Below, one piece after another: positions 37,150 to 47,333 of a stretch of 64,000 nt of DNA (position 1 is the first letter of the stretch; every line of letters begins with the position of its first letter). The notes under the pieces are model-generated. The model was not told the DNA's origin. It made no database searches and saw only the letters and a list, made by a program, of their open reading frames with translations. The translations under genes were made by a program, and so were the position numbers. Source of the DNA: a virus (lineage: Duplodnaviria; Caudoviricetes); IMG/VR virus record IMGVR_UViG_3300028624_000003, positions 156,983 to 220,982 of that record; one strand, given 5' to 3'.

Positions 37150-38718
37150 ATGTATTCACTAGAGTCTCTTAAAGCCCAACAGTGGCTTAACACTGACGTC
37201 AGATTCCGTCCGGATACCGAGCTGGGCATGTTGGCGCAACGCATCGAAGAGCGTTTGTCGCTGACCATACCTCCGAATATCAGTAAGACCGAACTCAACT
37301 CGTACATCATCGACAATCTCGACAAGTACTTCAACGAAACTCTGGAAGGTCAGCATGACCTCGAACAACTTCGAGATTTTGGTCTCAAGTTTGCTAGCAC
37401 CTTCCAAGGAGCATTCGAACAACTGTCTGGACCTGTGGCTGATCAGATAGAACTGCTCTCGTCGCAAATCATGGCGGCAACTGACAGCAACATGAAGCAG
37501 GCGATTGGTTTCTATCAGCTTGAAGGTGAACTCAAGCCTGTACAGCCTTCTTTCGTTGTACTGCGAGCACCTGAGATGGCGAACGAACTACACGCCCATC
37601 TTAAGGACTTCATGAAACGACATGCGCTCTCGATGAGCTCAGTGAATCTTACCAACTTCAAATTCTTGGTAGATCCTCTCATCGAAAGTGAAGAAGTGGT
37701 GCTGTCCGAGGAATCACTCAATCGAGTAACTTCGGAACTGAAAGAAAGTGTCGAATCTACTTGCGAAGATACTGAAAGTGCAAAGAACTGCGTGAAGATG
37801 ATCTCCGCTGTACTTAACCCTAGCAAGTACCGCGAGATGATTCGACCTCTTCTTCTTTCTGGTGTGCGTAGCGGAAAGTTGGATCAAACACCCATATTTG
37901 CTGCGCTTGCATACATGAAGCACTACCCCAAGTTCAAGAAGTGCATGGCTTCGTACGATCTCGAAGTCATGGATGATGCTGCAGAACAGATTCGGAAGAA
38001 TCTGCAGAAGATGGAAGATCTGTTCCTCCTTTCCGGTTGCATCATCGAACTTGCTCGGGGTAAGTACAAAGACTGCCTCGTCATCGGACCTGAGCTCATC
38101 AACGGTGAGCAATTCGATGAGTTCCAAAAGAAAGGCGGTATGTTGGAAGACATCGCCAATCACCTTCGACTGTACTACAACAATAACGAGCACGACATTT
38201 TCAAGAGCCGTGTATCGTCTGCGGTGATTTCCGGTGGAGGAATCAAAACCAAACAGATGCTGATCTCACTTCCCTCGGATCGTCAGAAGATCTCGGAGTT
38301 GACAGCAGAAGTCACCACCCAGCTGCTGGCAACCAGACAATCGTGCACTCGCCGTGCATTTGAACTCATCGTCAAGCAGCACATCGCGGAATACCGCAAT
38401 CATCCTGAACTCATCCCTGACGGATTCAATCCTCCGCAGTTCGTGAATTTTGCAACCACGAACCTGCAGCAGGCGCTCAGCGTACTGTCTCGGAATGATC
38501 AGGCCAACATCGAAGATGCGCTCTACAGCTATTATCTGACCACTTTCCACAAGAACACTCTCGTGAGCACCATTTACTACGGTATGGGTGCGGAAGTGAT
38601 CAAGCAGTTGTCTGCAAGTGAAAGCAACGAAGATGTCACCAGTACGGTTCACGCCGCGGTGATGTCTGACTTGCTCGCCAAATATGTGGCCAATGTCTTC
38701 GTCGTCAGGTGTTCGTAG
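37150..38718 (+). CDS. phiKZ-like head/virion structural protein
   Basis: 522 aa; N-terminal SLE site; position next to gp87/88-like genes. Confidence 0.55.
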   Translation: MYSLESLKAQQWLNTDVRFRPDTELGMLAQRIEERLSLTIPPNISKTELNSYIIDNLDKYFNETLEGQHDLEQLRDFGLKFASTFQGAFEQLSGPVADQIELLSSQIMAATDSNMKQAIGFYQLEGELKPVQPSFVVLRAPEMANELHAHLKDFMKRHALSMSSVNLTNFKFLVDPLIESEEVVLSEESLNRVTSELKESVESTCEDTESAKNCVKMISAVLNPSKYREMIRPLLLSGVRSGKLDQTPIFAALAYMKHYPKFKKCMASYDLEVMDDAAEQIRKNLQKMEDLFLLSGCIIELARGKYKDCLVIGPELINGEQFDEFQKKGGMLEDIANHLRLYYNNNEHDIFKSRVSSAVISGGGIKTKQMLISLPSDRQKISELTAEVTTQLLATRQSCTRRAFELIVKQHIAEYRNHPELIPDGFNPPQFVNFATTNLQQALSVLSRNDQANIEDALYSYYLTTFHKNTLVSTIYYGMGAEVIKQLSASESNEDVTSTVHAAVMSDLLAKYVANVFVVRCS

Positions 38719-38732
38719 TAGCCATAACCAAT

Positions 38733-38763
38733 AGTGAGAGGGACCTTCGGGGTCCCTCTCACT
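38733..38763. terminator. Stem-loop between convergent genes
   Basis: AGTGAGAGGGACC-TTCGG-GGTCCCTCTCACT. Confidence 0.7.
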
Positions 38764-38826
38764 GGATAAGAATCGATTTAACTCAGATGAGAGTCACCGC
38801 CACTGGTACGCTACTATTTCTTTTTT

Positions 38827-41718
38827 CTACACAATGACAAATTCGACATCCACTGCCTTTCGTACTGCCAGTGTACCGGACTCAGTCAGATACAACTCTT
38901 GCGCAATAGAAGGCTGAACATCCTTTTCGTCGATCGTGATGGTCTGCAACTGTACGTCATCATTGATCCCGAGTACGTCGATGCTTTCGATGTAATCCAC
39001 TCTGGAGACGATCATCGCTGCAATGTCAGTGAGCGAGATCGTGTTATTCTTGATCAATGGCTCGATGATCGCGATAGCTGCATCTCTGATCACTTGCGTG
39101 GAGGATGCATCTGAAGCCACTTTTGCTTGTACATGGCAACGGAATCTAAACCTCATATTCAGAGGCATATTCACCGTAACTCCATCACCTACCAAGAACT
39201 TCGCATTTCCCATGGTTCTCATGGGTCTGAAGTACATGAGATCTCTTTCTGGTAATTTGTCAATAGCCTGACGAATCGTTTCGAAGTACGACTCAAGTAT
39301 CGTCGTGATGTTCTTCCGGTATGCTTCTTGCGTAGGATGCTCACTCAAATAGATCCGTGCGTCGATCATCATCGCAGAGATGTAGAACTTACGAATACGA
39401 TCCGCAAGAACCACTGGCTTACCGAAGTCATCGTAACGAACTTCTCCTGCTCTGTGCAGATACAGCGGATTGTTCAGCTGGTCGTAAATCTGATCACCTG
39501 CCGAATGTACTTTGGTGAGTTTGGGTTCACCTGTGACAGGATCGATGTCTACGATCACTACACCATTTTCATCCGTGAGATACACATCAGTCGGATACGT
39601 CAAAGGGATGTCGATGGGATACCGATCATACACTTGTCCAGTCCACGACAGATCAATGTCGTTGTAGATCACATCATCCAGAGCATGTCCTAACTGAATG
39701 GTACACGTCTGTCTGAGCATGACCATGTATGTATTTTGAAGCTGTGACGGTATTCCACTGTACAGCGAGGGATCGGTATACGCTGCAGGGAAATATGCTT
39801 TGTTTACCATGAACACCAGATGGTACTTTCCGGTGAGCGGTACGATATGATCCCATTCGGTCGTACTGTCTTTCATCGAAGTAACTCGCAACTTGTGGTC
39901 GCGAGAAATGTAGTAGTCAGTTTCGATGAACCCTTCATACAAGTAGCTCGTACCGAGCATTCCTGCAAAAGTCAGACGAAGACCTATGAGCATTTTGTCG
40001 CTAGCTTCGGTGTACATGTACACATACACCTGTTCTTCAGGAATACTTTCGAGATCCTTGGACTTATTTACCAAGAACTCTACACGATACCCGTTCGATC
40101 CACCATCACGGTGGTGAATGGTAGCAGCTCCTGCTACCATCTGTGCAGTGATGTTCGAATTCTCCTTGGAGAAGGCCAAGTCACTCACACTGGGGTCCAT
40201 CAAGTTGTACGTCCCTGCTTTAGGGTATCGTCCATCCATGATGAGTCGCATGTGTAGTGGAGATTTGGTGTAGATCTGAGAATTGAATTCTGCTACCAAT
40301 TCTTTCTTCGACATACCCGCGAGCATCGTTCGCTCTGTGTCTGTAAGAGGTACACAGGATTCAGACGCACTGGTGTACTTATAAATGGTAGTGGGAAGAA
40401 TGGTCAAAATCCCATCACCAAATTTCTTTATCGACGACACATTTTCGTGTGTGGTCTCCGTCAGTTCTATCTTTCCTGTGGTGGCTGGTACGACAGTATT
40501 CGTCTTGTCTTCGAGTGCTCGGTGTACAAAGTAGATCAAGTTGGTCAAATCATCCATGTATCTGACAGGACGAAATCCTGTATCTTTGAAATACGCGTCA
40601 AGATCCATTTGTGTCACGAGCGAAGTGGCATGAAACGCGTTATTTACTACACGTTCTCTCCGCTCCTCAAACGTCAGTCCATTCGAGCCACCTACGATAC
40701 GAGTATCTGAAGGAGCAAGAATTGCATCAGGATGAGTGTCCAGTACTTTGGAGTATGGGTCATTCGTGATGTGGGTGTTGAACAGACACTTGATTGCTTC
40801 AGGTGCTATACCACTGATATCGAGATCCATAGCTCCACGAGTAACGTACAACTCCAGTTCAATGGTAGGCCCTATTTGGCCATTATTGAAATAGATTTGC
40901 GGGATGTTCACTGAGAACTGTTTCGTCTCTGGAGAGACTTGCAGCCTCGCAGTAGGCGTGAACGGATCGTAGGTATCCACCGCCATCGATTGTGCCAGCT
41001 CTATTCTTTTTTCATTGACAGTGGTGAAAATGCGCACTGCATAGAACTTATCGATGTGCTGGTACACCTTAGCAAATCCACGACCAGGAATCGTGTCTTC
41101 CACAATGGTGGACTTGATGAACTGGTATACAGGAATATTCAGCACTACTAGATCAGTACCGAGGTACGAGTGCTCAAATACCTGTACGATATTTTGATTC
41201 AGTTCCAGTAGTGGATTCTTGATAGTGGTGTCATGTACAGCCAATACTGCACCTGTAACGTCATTGATACGCAGCTCGATTGGATAGTAGATACCGAATG
41301 CGAGATCTCCCAAGGTAAATATCGCATCCTTCGGTATTACGATCTTTTTGTAGATCGTTTCGTAATCCTTACCATTCGCCACAAGATGTGCTTTGTTCAG
41401 CGTCAATATGAGCTTAGTGGTCGATGGTGTGGAGTACATCCCTACGTAATCATAATCCGACATATGCTTTGCAAGTTCTGCTGAAGTCTGAGCACGAAGA
41501 CTATTGTTCGCAGCAAGCGCCCGTTCAGATGCTTGAGCAAACTGTGCAGTCAATACGGAACTCATCTCAAGAAGATGCATTGCCACGTTATTCGGGTCAA
41601 CGATGACATGTTTGCCACCGAATCTCGCATGTACATCGTCAAGAACCAGTTTTTGTACATTCACTGGGTTCTTCAGGATGTTAAGTGGTGTATTGGTATC
41701 GGCAAGACTCATGAACAT
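38827..41718 (-). CDS. Large virion structural protein (phiKZ gp87-like, baseplate-wedge-like)
   Basis: 963 aa; IVDPNN..HLLEMS, HMSDYDY, GGSNGLTFEE.RERV. Confidence 0.7.
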   Translation of the reverse strand: MFMSLADTNTPLNILKNPVNVQKLVLDDVHARFGGKHVIVDPNNVAMHLLEMSSVLTAQFAQASERALAANNSLRAQTSAELAKHMSDYDYVGMYSTPSTTKLILTLNKAHLVANGKDYETIYKKIVIPKDAIFTLGDLAFGIYYPIELRINDVTGAVLAVHDTTIKNPLLELNQNIVQVFEHSYLGTDLVVLNIPVYQFIKSTIVEDTIPGRGFAKVYQHIDKFYAVRIFTTVNEKRIELAQSMAVDTYDPFTPTARLQVSPETKQFSVNIPQIYFNNGQIGPTIELELYVTRGAMDLDISGIAPEAIKCLFNTHITNDPYSKVLDTHPDAILAPSDTRIVGGSNGLTFEERRERVVNNAFHATSLVTQMDLDAYFKDTGFRPVRYMDDLTNLIYFVHRALEDKTNTVVPATTGKIELTETTHENVSSIKKFGDGILTILPTTIYKYTSASESCVPLTDTERTMLAGMSKKELVAEFNSQIYTKSPLHMRLIMDGRYPKAGTYNLMDPSVSDLAFSKENSNITAQMVAGAATIHHRDGGSNGYRVEFLVNKSKDLESIPEEQVYVYMYTEASDKMLIGLRLTFAGMLGTSYLYEGFIETDYYISRDHKLRVTSMKDSTTEWDHIVPLTGKYHLVFMVNKAYFPAAYTDPSLYSGIPSQLQNTYMVMLRQTCTIQLGHALDDVIYNDIDLSWTGQVYDRYPIDIPLTYPTDVYLTDENGVVIVDIDPVTGEPKLTKVHSAGDQIYDQLNNPLYLHRAGEVRYDDFGKPVVLADRIRKFYISAMMIDARIYLSEHPTQEAYRKNITTILESYFETIRQAIDKLPERDLMYFRPMRTMGNAKFLVGDGVTVNMPLNMRFRFRCHVQAKVASDASSTQVIRDAAIAIIEPLIKNNTISLTDIAAMIVSRVDYIESIDVLGINDDVQLQTITIDEKDVQPSIAQELYLTESGTLAVRKAVDVEFVIV

Positions 41719-41723
41719 TCTCC

Positions 41724-42953
41724 TTAAGCGTAGAAGATGTCGGGATTATCCGACCGAGTAGGTGTAGGCTGAGTTTGAGAACTCTGATGTAAACTGGAGA
41801 TCTGCTGTTCGAGTGCTGCACGACGCTGAGCAATACTCGCTGAGGTATCTACCAGATCCTGAGTGAGAGTATCCTCATCGGCGTAACTGGGAGCATAGAA
41901 ATCCAGCCTGGGTCCATCAGGAGTGGGGATGATGTAAGGCAACCCCAGATAGTTGTGTTCAGGATTTGTCGTAAGCTTTTTGTAGGACTTAGACAATATC
42001 CCAGGACAAAAAGATGAGACCAGCATATTGAATTCTTTCAAGATGATCGGATCTTGTGGATAACCAGTATGGTTGCACTTGAACGTCACGTTGAGTTTCT
42101 TCGCAGCTTCGACAAAATTCTCGGATGCGTTGTAATCAAGAATGGATGCAGTAGGTAACGAAATCGGGTAGCATCCTGTGAACTTACACCATCTGGTGAT
42201 GTACTGTCTGGTAGGATCCAGCATGAAACGATAGATGGAACAAGTCCACCCCATTCTTCTTTGTTCCGTATCTGCACGATACTGAATACACTCACCCCGC
42301 TGGATGAGGTCCATGTACAGCAACCAGTAAAGAAGAATAGCTGAGTTTATCCCACCTTGAATTTCCGCAAAACTGACGGAAAGATCTATTGGCTTTGCGT
42401 TACGGTCTGTACCGATCGGCATTGCCTGACTTTCAGAGAAGAGACCACCTTCAGTGGTATACGACTCCATATTCAGATTTGGTCCACCTGACAAAGTTTC
42501 AATGTAGTTGGTGAACGGAGTAATAAACGGCGAAGTACCATCTATCAATGGTGATCTCCCTACCATTTCAGAAAAGTAGGGAGATTGCGAAAGATCGGAA
42601 TCGAGCAACATACGAATCATAAACTGTATAGACAGCGGATCTTCGGTTTCGAGCATTTGCATTATGCGATTTTGTCGCAAATTTGCAGCAGTGAGATTCA
42701 GTGTAGGTCGGGTGAAGAACACTAGACCAGAGTACTCGTGGTTTTGTGTAACTATCCGGTTTCCAAAGCGATCCAGTTTTGCTAGAGCTTTGTGAAACTG
42801 AGCAAAATAACTACCAGCACCGGAATACTTATATGAGTGTTCAAGGACCGACGCATAAAAGTTCTTAAGGTCGGCTTCCACGGATGCTTCGAATTTGCGT
42901 CGAAGATCGTCTTCTTGTTCAGACAGTGTGAGAGAACTCGGGGTATCCGGCAT
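41724..42953 (-). CDS. Virion structural protein (phiKZ gp88-like, tail-tube-like fold)
   Basis: GLVFFTRPTLNL, IYRFMLDPT, GCYP, DPI...EFN. Confidence 0.7.
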   Translation of the reverse strand: MPDTPSSLTLSEQEDDLRRKFEASVEADLKNFYASVLEHSYKYSGAGSYFAQFHKALAKLDRFGNRIVTQNHEYSGLVFFTRPTLNLTAANLRQNRIMQMLETEDPLSIQFMIRMLLDSDLSQSPYFSEMVGRSPLIDGTSPFITPFTNYIETLSGGPNLNMESYTTEGGLFSESQAMPIGTDRNAKPIDLSVSFAEIQGGINSAILLYWLLYMDLIQRGECIQYRADTEQRRMGWTCSIYRFMLDPTRQYITRWCKFTGCYPISLPTASILDYNASENFVEAAKKLNVTFKCNHTGYPQDPIILKEFNMLVSSFCPGILSKSYKKLTTNPEHNYLGLPYIIPTPDGPRLDFYAPSYADEDTLTQDLVDTSASIAQRRAALEQQISSLHQSSQTQPTPTRSDNPDIFYA

Positions 42954-42988
42954 GAAACACCTCTCCGGTGTGGGAATTTAGAAAAAAT

Positions 42989-42997
42989 CATAGTATG
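42989..42997. promoter_or_regulatory. Bidirectional late promoter CATAGTATG
   Basis: ATAGTATG on + and ATACTATG on -, between divergent structural operons. Confidence 0.65.
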
Positions 42998-43042
42998 GTC
43001 GACCGCCTAAATTTAGGCAAATTTTCGTAATGGAGGCCAACA

Positions 43043-44146
43043 ATGGCAAGTATCATTGGGTTGGATATCGACTTCCGCAATAGTGAAGGTGACCTCAGTT
43101 TCAAAAACCTCATCGATCTCATCCGTACTGGTGAGGATCGCACCTCCCGTTCACTTACACAACATCTCCGTCGGTCGATCGTCGCATCTCGTGTGTACAT
43201 TCAGCGAGAGTGCGCAGATGAAGCGATTCTTTCTGACCTTCTGTCCACCATTCAGAACATGTATGTCGGATGGATTCTCACCGCCATGCAGCTCAATACG
43301 TACGTAGACTCTTCTCGTACCGTAAAGCAGGCTCTGGATGTCGTTGCTACCGAGAGCATTGGGCTGAAGCCTACCGACGAACTCATCGCTGGTATGGCTA
43401 ACTGGGATGGTGCTAAGATGAATGTCATTGTCGGTGACAAGATCAGTGACAATCATTCGACTGGTGGAAGCAATGTGCTCAATCTTCCGGACAAGGTCAA
43501 TCTTCCCTCGGGTCGTATAGTCGAGATAAAGTTCAATACCAACGGCGATGTGAGAAATCAGATCGTGGTCAATATTTTCGTGCAGCTTCTTCCGATGTTT
43601 GTACCCGAAAATGTCGCCGAATCGTTCTTCTCCATCAACTTCAAGCCTTCTATGGCGAAGCGCTACTTCCAGGCGAAGATCGGTGAAATTCGTTTCATTC
43701 AGGATTTCTTGTTTGAACTCGATCTCATCAAGAAGCGTACCACTGCAAGAAAGGCGGACAAGACTGGTGTACTTGATGTCATGCTCGCTGATCAGAAGAA
43801 TGCTCTCGTCAAGTTCTTTCTGAAACTTGCCGGGGTATATCCTGAGAAGCAGAACATCGCCAATGCAGTGCACGTATACGAAAAGACTTCTTTCGATCGT
43901 TGGTGTCATGCCAATGGCTGTGACTTCAGAAAGCCTACGGATCGTAACAAGTTCTTTGCTCGTACGTACAGCATGATGGTCGCAGTGATCGATGCTGCGT
44001 ACGGCCGTGTCGATGTGTACTTCCACGGTATCGACAAGCATGGCGAGTACAAATTCGATCAGATCCAGCAGCAAGCCAAAAGCGAACGCTATGATCTGAA
44101 GGAAATCATGAAGGCGTACTATCAGTCCAGTACTCCCAAGTTCTAA
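43043..44146 (+). CDS. Inner-head/virion protein (phiKZ gp89-like)
   Basis: ATE|S site; NLPSGRIVEI, GEIRFIQDF, C-terminal PKF. Confidence 0.65.
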   Translation: MASIIGLDIDFRNSEGDLSFKNLIDLIRTGEDRTSRSLTQHLRRSIVASRVYIQRECADEAILSDLLSTIQNMYVGWILTAMQLNTYVDSSRTVKQALDVVATESIGLKPTDELIAGMANWDGAKMNVIVGDKISDNHSTGGSNVLNLPDKVNLPSGRIVEIKFNTNGDVRNQIVVNIFVQLLPMFVPENVAESFFSINFKPSMAKRYFQAKIGEIRFIQDFLFELDLIKKRTTARKADKTGVLDVMLADQKNALVKFFLKLAGVYPEKQNIANAVHVYEKTSFDRWCHANGCDFRKPTDRNKFFARTYSMMVAVIDAAYGRVDVYFHGIDKHGEYKFDQIQQQAKSERYDLKEIMKAYYQSSTPKF

Positions 44147-44157
44147 GCGAGGTAGAA

Positions 44158-45144
44158 ATGAATATTTTCAAGGTCCTCGAATCGACCGTCGTGAAACTTA
44201 TCAAGGACAAGGTAAAGCTTGGTTCCTTGACCAAAGAAAACATCGACGAGGTTCTGCGCAATCAGTTGAAAGTACTGGGCGATCTGGATACTGCGCTGAG
44301 CGGAATGTCTCCGGAAGTCATGCAATCTTTCAAGCAGAAGTATCAATCGCATCAGTTCAACAAGTCGAACAAACTTGATGCCGGTGCGATTCACCCGCAC
44401 TTCCACAAGCTCCTTACAGGAAATGCATCTGCTATCGAGAACAAGTATCACTTCGCTTCGATACTGGTAGCATGCAAAACCTTGAAGCACATTCTTCAGG
44501 ATGTGCAGAAGAATCTTCCCAAGATCATGAGCGGTGGCAATATTGCAGTGCTCAACTGCAAGATTTCTGACGTGATGCTTTTGGGCATCATTCGCGAATG
44601 CGACATGTTCGTCAAGTTCACGTCAATTCTCTGGGATCACTTCATGAAGACCATCACCATGAATGATTCTACTCTGCTTGGGTACAAGATCGACTACCTC
44701 AACAAGAATGTCGAAAATTACGCCAAGTGCGTATCCAATGCAGTAAACAAAGAAAAGAACTACTCGTTCCTGAAGGAAGTTGAATTGCTGAGAGCCAAGA
44801 ACAACGACATGGTTCTCTACGCTAACAACCAATCCTTCTTGAACTTCTTCTCTCCTTCGTCAGTTTCTGCAAGTGCTGCACGATATGTAGAACAGGGAAT
44901 CATTGGATTCAACCTCTTCTCACTGATCGTGTCATTCTGGGATGACTGGAAGCACTCGCAGTATCTCAAGAACAAAGACTTCAAGGAGTGGCTCGAACTC
45001 AGCAGCACATTGCTTCGTATGGCTGCTATGGATGTCGATCCGAATAGCCCCGAATACCAGAGACTCGTAAAGCTCATCAAAGCTTACGAGCAGAAGATCG
45101 TCGACATCGATCGCAAGATCGATGAATACGAGAAGGAGCGGTGA
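44158..45144 (+). CDS. Inner-head/virion protein (phiKZ gp90-like)
   Basis: 328 aa; C-terminal coiled coil; synteny. Confidence 0.55.
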   Translation: MNIFKVLESTVVKLIKDKVKLGSLTKENIDEVLRNQLKVLGDLDTALSGMSPEVMQSFKQKYQSHQFNKSNKLDAGAIHPHFHKLLTGNASAIENKYHFASILVACKTLKHILQDVQKNLPKIMSGGNIAVLNCKISDVMLLGIIRECDMFVKFTSILWDHFMKTITMNDSTLLGYKIDYLNKNVENYAKCVSNAVNKEKNYSFLKEVELLRAKNNDMVLYANNQSFLNFFSPSSVSASAARYVEQGIIGFNLFSLIVSFWDDWKHSQYLKNKDFKEWLELSSTLLRMAAMDVDPNSPEYQRLVKLIKAYEQKIVDIDRKIDEYEKER

Positions 45145-45147
45145 TTC

Positions 45148-46032
45148 ATGTCGACAGATCGTGAACTCATCAAAAAGTGGGGCGACACTGCGCTCATCGC
45201 CGACGAATTCGGAAAAGCTTCACTAGCGTGTGTATACACGATACTGCAAATTCTTCGCAGTATCGATGTGCGACATGTTTCACCTGAACATGCTTACGTG
45301 CATGCACGACTGTACAAAAACGCACCGATCGAAGCTAACGATACTGATAGAGAAATGCGTAACACGTACATGAGTCAGTATCGCGAAGAAATCACAGAAG
45401 ACATCGCCAAATGCGCTCTCGAAGTCATCATGGATCTTTCGAGTGTGATACTGGACACCACAAAGCTAGGTCGACAGACCGTGGGTCTCACCAAACCTTT
45501 GTATGACCAGATCAAGCGCACGAATTGGACCTTCCGTGAATACGCACTAAACCACGACCACGATTCGATGAGGCTTTCGCTGAGACTGGTCGATCTGGCC
45601 GAACCTGAACAGTACGTTCGTGCGGATATGTTCACGATGAGTGAAGTGATCGAGATGTTCCGTCCTGCATTGCTGGAATTCACTCGTCCAGTAAGAGACC
45701 GCAATGATCTCATGCAGAGAACTACCAAGATCGCTCTCAGCTACACCACAACGATTTTGGCGATAGTATACGGGATGTTCAATCACCTGACCAAACCGTA
45801 CGACGAGTACATCGTCGATCATGTTAGCGCAGGAGAGTGTTCATCCGGGTGCGGTCGTAGCCGTAGAAACATAAAGAATCTCGAACGCTATCCGATACGC
45901 ACACCTGAAGGCGCGTTTGTGTTCGATCCAAGGGTCGTCAAATGCAGCCAATCGATTGAACGTCCTGTCGAAATCCTGGGTGATGTAGATCTCTTCCTCA
46001 TCGGAATGACTACTCAACACGAATACGATTAG
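45148..46032 (+). CDS. Hypothetical protein in the structural operon
   Basis: Tightly coupled to the upstream gene; SD AAGGAG. Confidence 0.65.
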   Translation: MSTDRELIKKWGDTALIADEFGKASLACVYTILQILRSIDVRHVSPEHAYVHARLYKNAPIEANDTDREMRNTYMSQYREEITEDIAKCALEVIMDLSSVILDTTKLGRQTVGLTKPLYDQIKRTNWTFREYALNHDHDSMRLSLRLVDLAEPEQYVRADMFTMSEVIEMFRPALLEFTRPVRDRNDLMQRTTKIALSYTTTILAIVYGMFNHLTKPYDEYIVDHVSAGECSSGCGRSRRNIKNLERYPIRTPEGAFVFDPRVVKCSQSIERPVEILGDVDLFLIGMTTQHEYD

Positions 46033-46086
46033 GACTTTCAATATACTGGAGGTTGGTTAAATGCATCGTGCAGAGATCAACCAAGG

Positions 46087-46094
46087 ATAATATG
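46087..46094 (+). promoter_or_regulatory. Late promoter ATAATATG
   Basis: Upstream of the major inner-head gene. Confidence 0.55.
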
Positions 46095-46135
46095 TGTCTG
46101 TCAGACAATCACCTTTAACTCCGGAGTTATGAATC

Positions 46136-47215
46136 ATGGCTAAGTTCGCATTTGAGCATCTCAATGCTCGTATGGACGACGACGCTGCCGCTGACGAAAC
46201 CACCATCGACGTGGACATCCAGGTCGCAGATCGCACCGAAGAAGCCTCCTCCATCGTCGAAGAAGCTGCCACGGTTGCCGCTGACGCTGAAGCGTCGGAC
46301 GACGTCGCCGAAGAAATCGAATCCCTCGAGCACATGCGTTCGGTCATCCAGCAGCACGGGCTTACCCCCGGCATGATGGCTCTGATCAACCGTGACAATC
46401 GTCTCAGCCTCGTCTCTGGTCGCAGCCTCGCCGCCGCCGAGTCCCTCGATGCCACCGGTCGCAACCACAGCGAAGCTCAGGCCGCCATGGAAGCCATCAG
46501 CGACACCATCTCCAAGGGCTGGGAAGCTGTGAAGAAGTTCTTCCGCAAGATCGGCGAGAAGATCAAGACTCTGTGGGGCAAGATCATGGACTTCTTCACC
46601 GCGTGGGAAACGAGCATCAAGCGTGCCAAGGAACGTGTTTCCGGTATCACGGTGGACGCAAAGAAGGCCGGCGAACACAAGGCGAAGCTCATCAAAATGA
46701 AGGATCACACCGATCTTTCCGAGGCGTGCATTGACATTCTGAATAGCCTCATGAACGAAACCTCGATGGGTAAGGCCATCGAAGACAAGGACCACTTCGT
46801 CAACATGATTCCTGACAAGACGCTGAAGCCGGCCGGTCTGAAGCGTGACGATGGCATTCTCGTCGCAGCAGACAATGCTCTCGAAGCCAAGGAAATGAGC
46901 GTCAAGGAATCCGGCTGGACTGTGGACTACGCGAAGGGTCAGGGTTTTGAACGGACTGCGGGCCTTGTCGCGATGATCCGTACCGGAAAGAAGATGATCT
47001 CGGTGGTCGATAACCTCGTCAAGGCCGGTATCGCCGCCGCCGAATCTGCCGAAAAGTCCGTGGGTACCAACGGTATGTCCTCGGAACTCGCTACGATCGC
47101 ACGCAAGAATGGATCCGACTTCTCGAAGATCGTCAGCAAGGTCGCAGGTCGTGCGACGTTCGTGCCCCGTACGTACATCGCTGCTTGCGGCGCGCTCTAC
47201 GCCTGCCGTGGCTAA
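46136..47215 (+). CDS. Major inner-head (internal) protein with an acidic propeptide
   Basis: Acidic N-terminus; AFE, SLE, AAE and AME|A sites followed by the amphipathic helix ISDTISKGWEAVKKFFRKI; strongly biased codons. Confidence 0.75.
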   Translation: MAKFAFEHLNARMDDDAAADETTIDVDIQVADRTEEASSIVEEAATVAADAEASDDVAEEIESLEHMRSVIQQHGLTPGMMALINRDNRLSLVSGRSLAAAESLDATGRNHSEAQAAMEAISDTISKGWEAVKKFFRKIGEKIKTLWGKIMDFFTAWETSIKRAKERVSGITVDAKKAGEHKAKLIKMKDHTDLSEACIDILNSLMNETSMGKAIEDKDHFVNMIPDKTLKPAGLKRDDGILVAADNALEAKEMSVKESGWTVDYAKGQGFERTAGLVAMIRTGKKMISVVDNLVKAGIAAAESAEKSVGTNGMSSELATIARKNGSDFSKIVSKVAGRATFVPRTYIAACGALYACRG

Positions 47216-47257
47216 TGCTCACCTCGGTGAGTGCACTCTCACCTAGTTGAACAACAA

Positions 47258-47289
47258 ACCGGTGAGAGGGTTTCGGCCCTCTCACCGGT
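47258..47289 (+). terminator. 14-bp stem-loop with UUCG loop
   Basis: ACCGGTGAGAGGGT-TTCG-GCCCTCTCACCGGT. Confidence 0.7.
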
Positions 47290-47333
47290 CACAATATGCG
47301 GTCTATCATCTTTTCGGTAAAAGGAGTTTAATC

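Noticed and set aside
36828-37334. N-terminal extension of the 35934-37334 ORF (similarly the upstream extensions at 2001, 6412, 16098, 47247, 48298, 54468, 62213, 63989)
   Set aside because: They run through terminators, promoters or other genes; downstream ATGs have clear SD sequences
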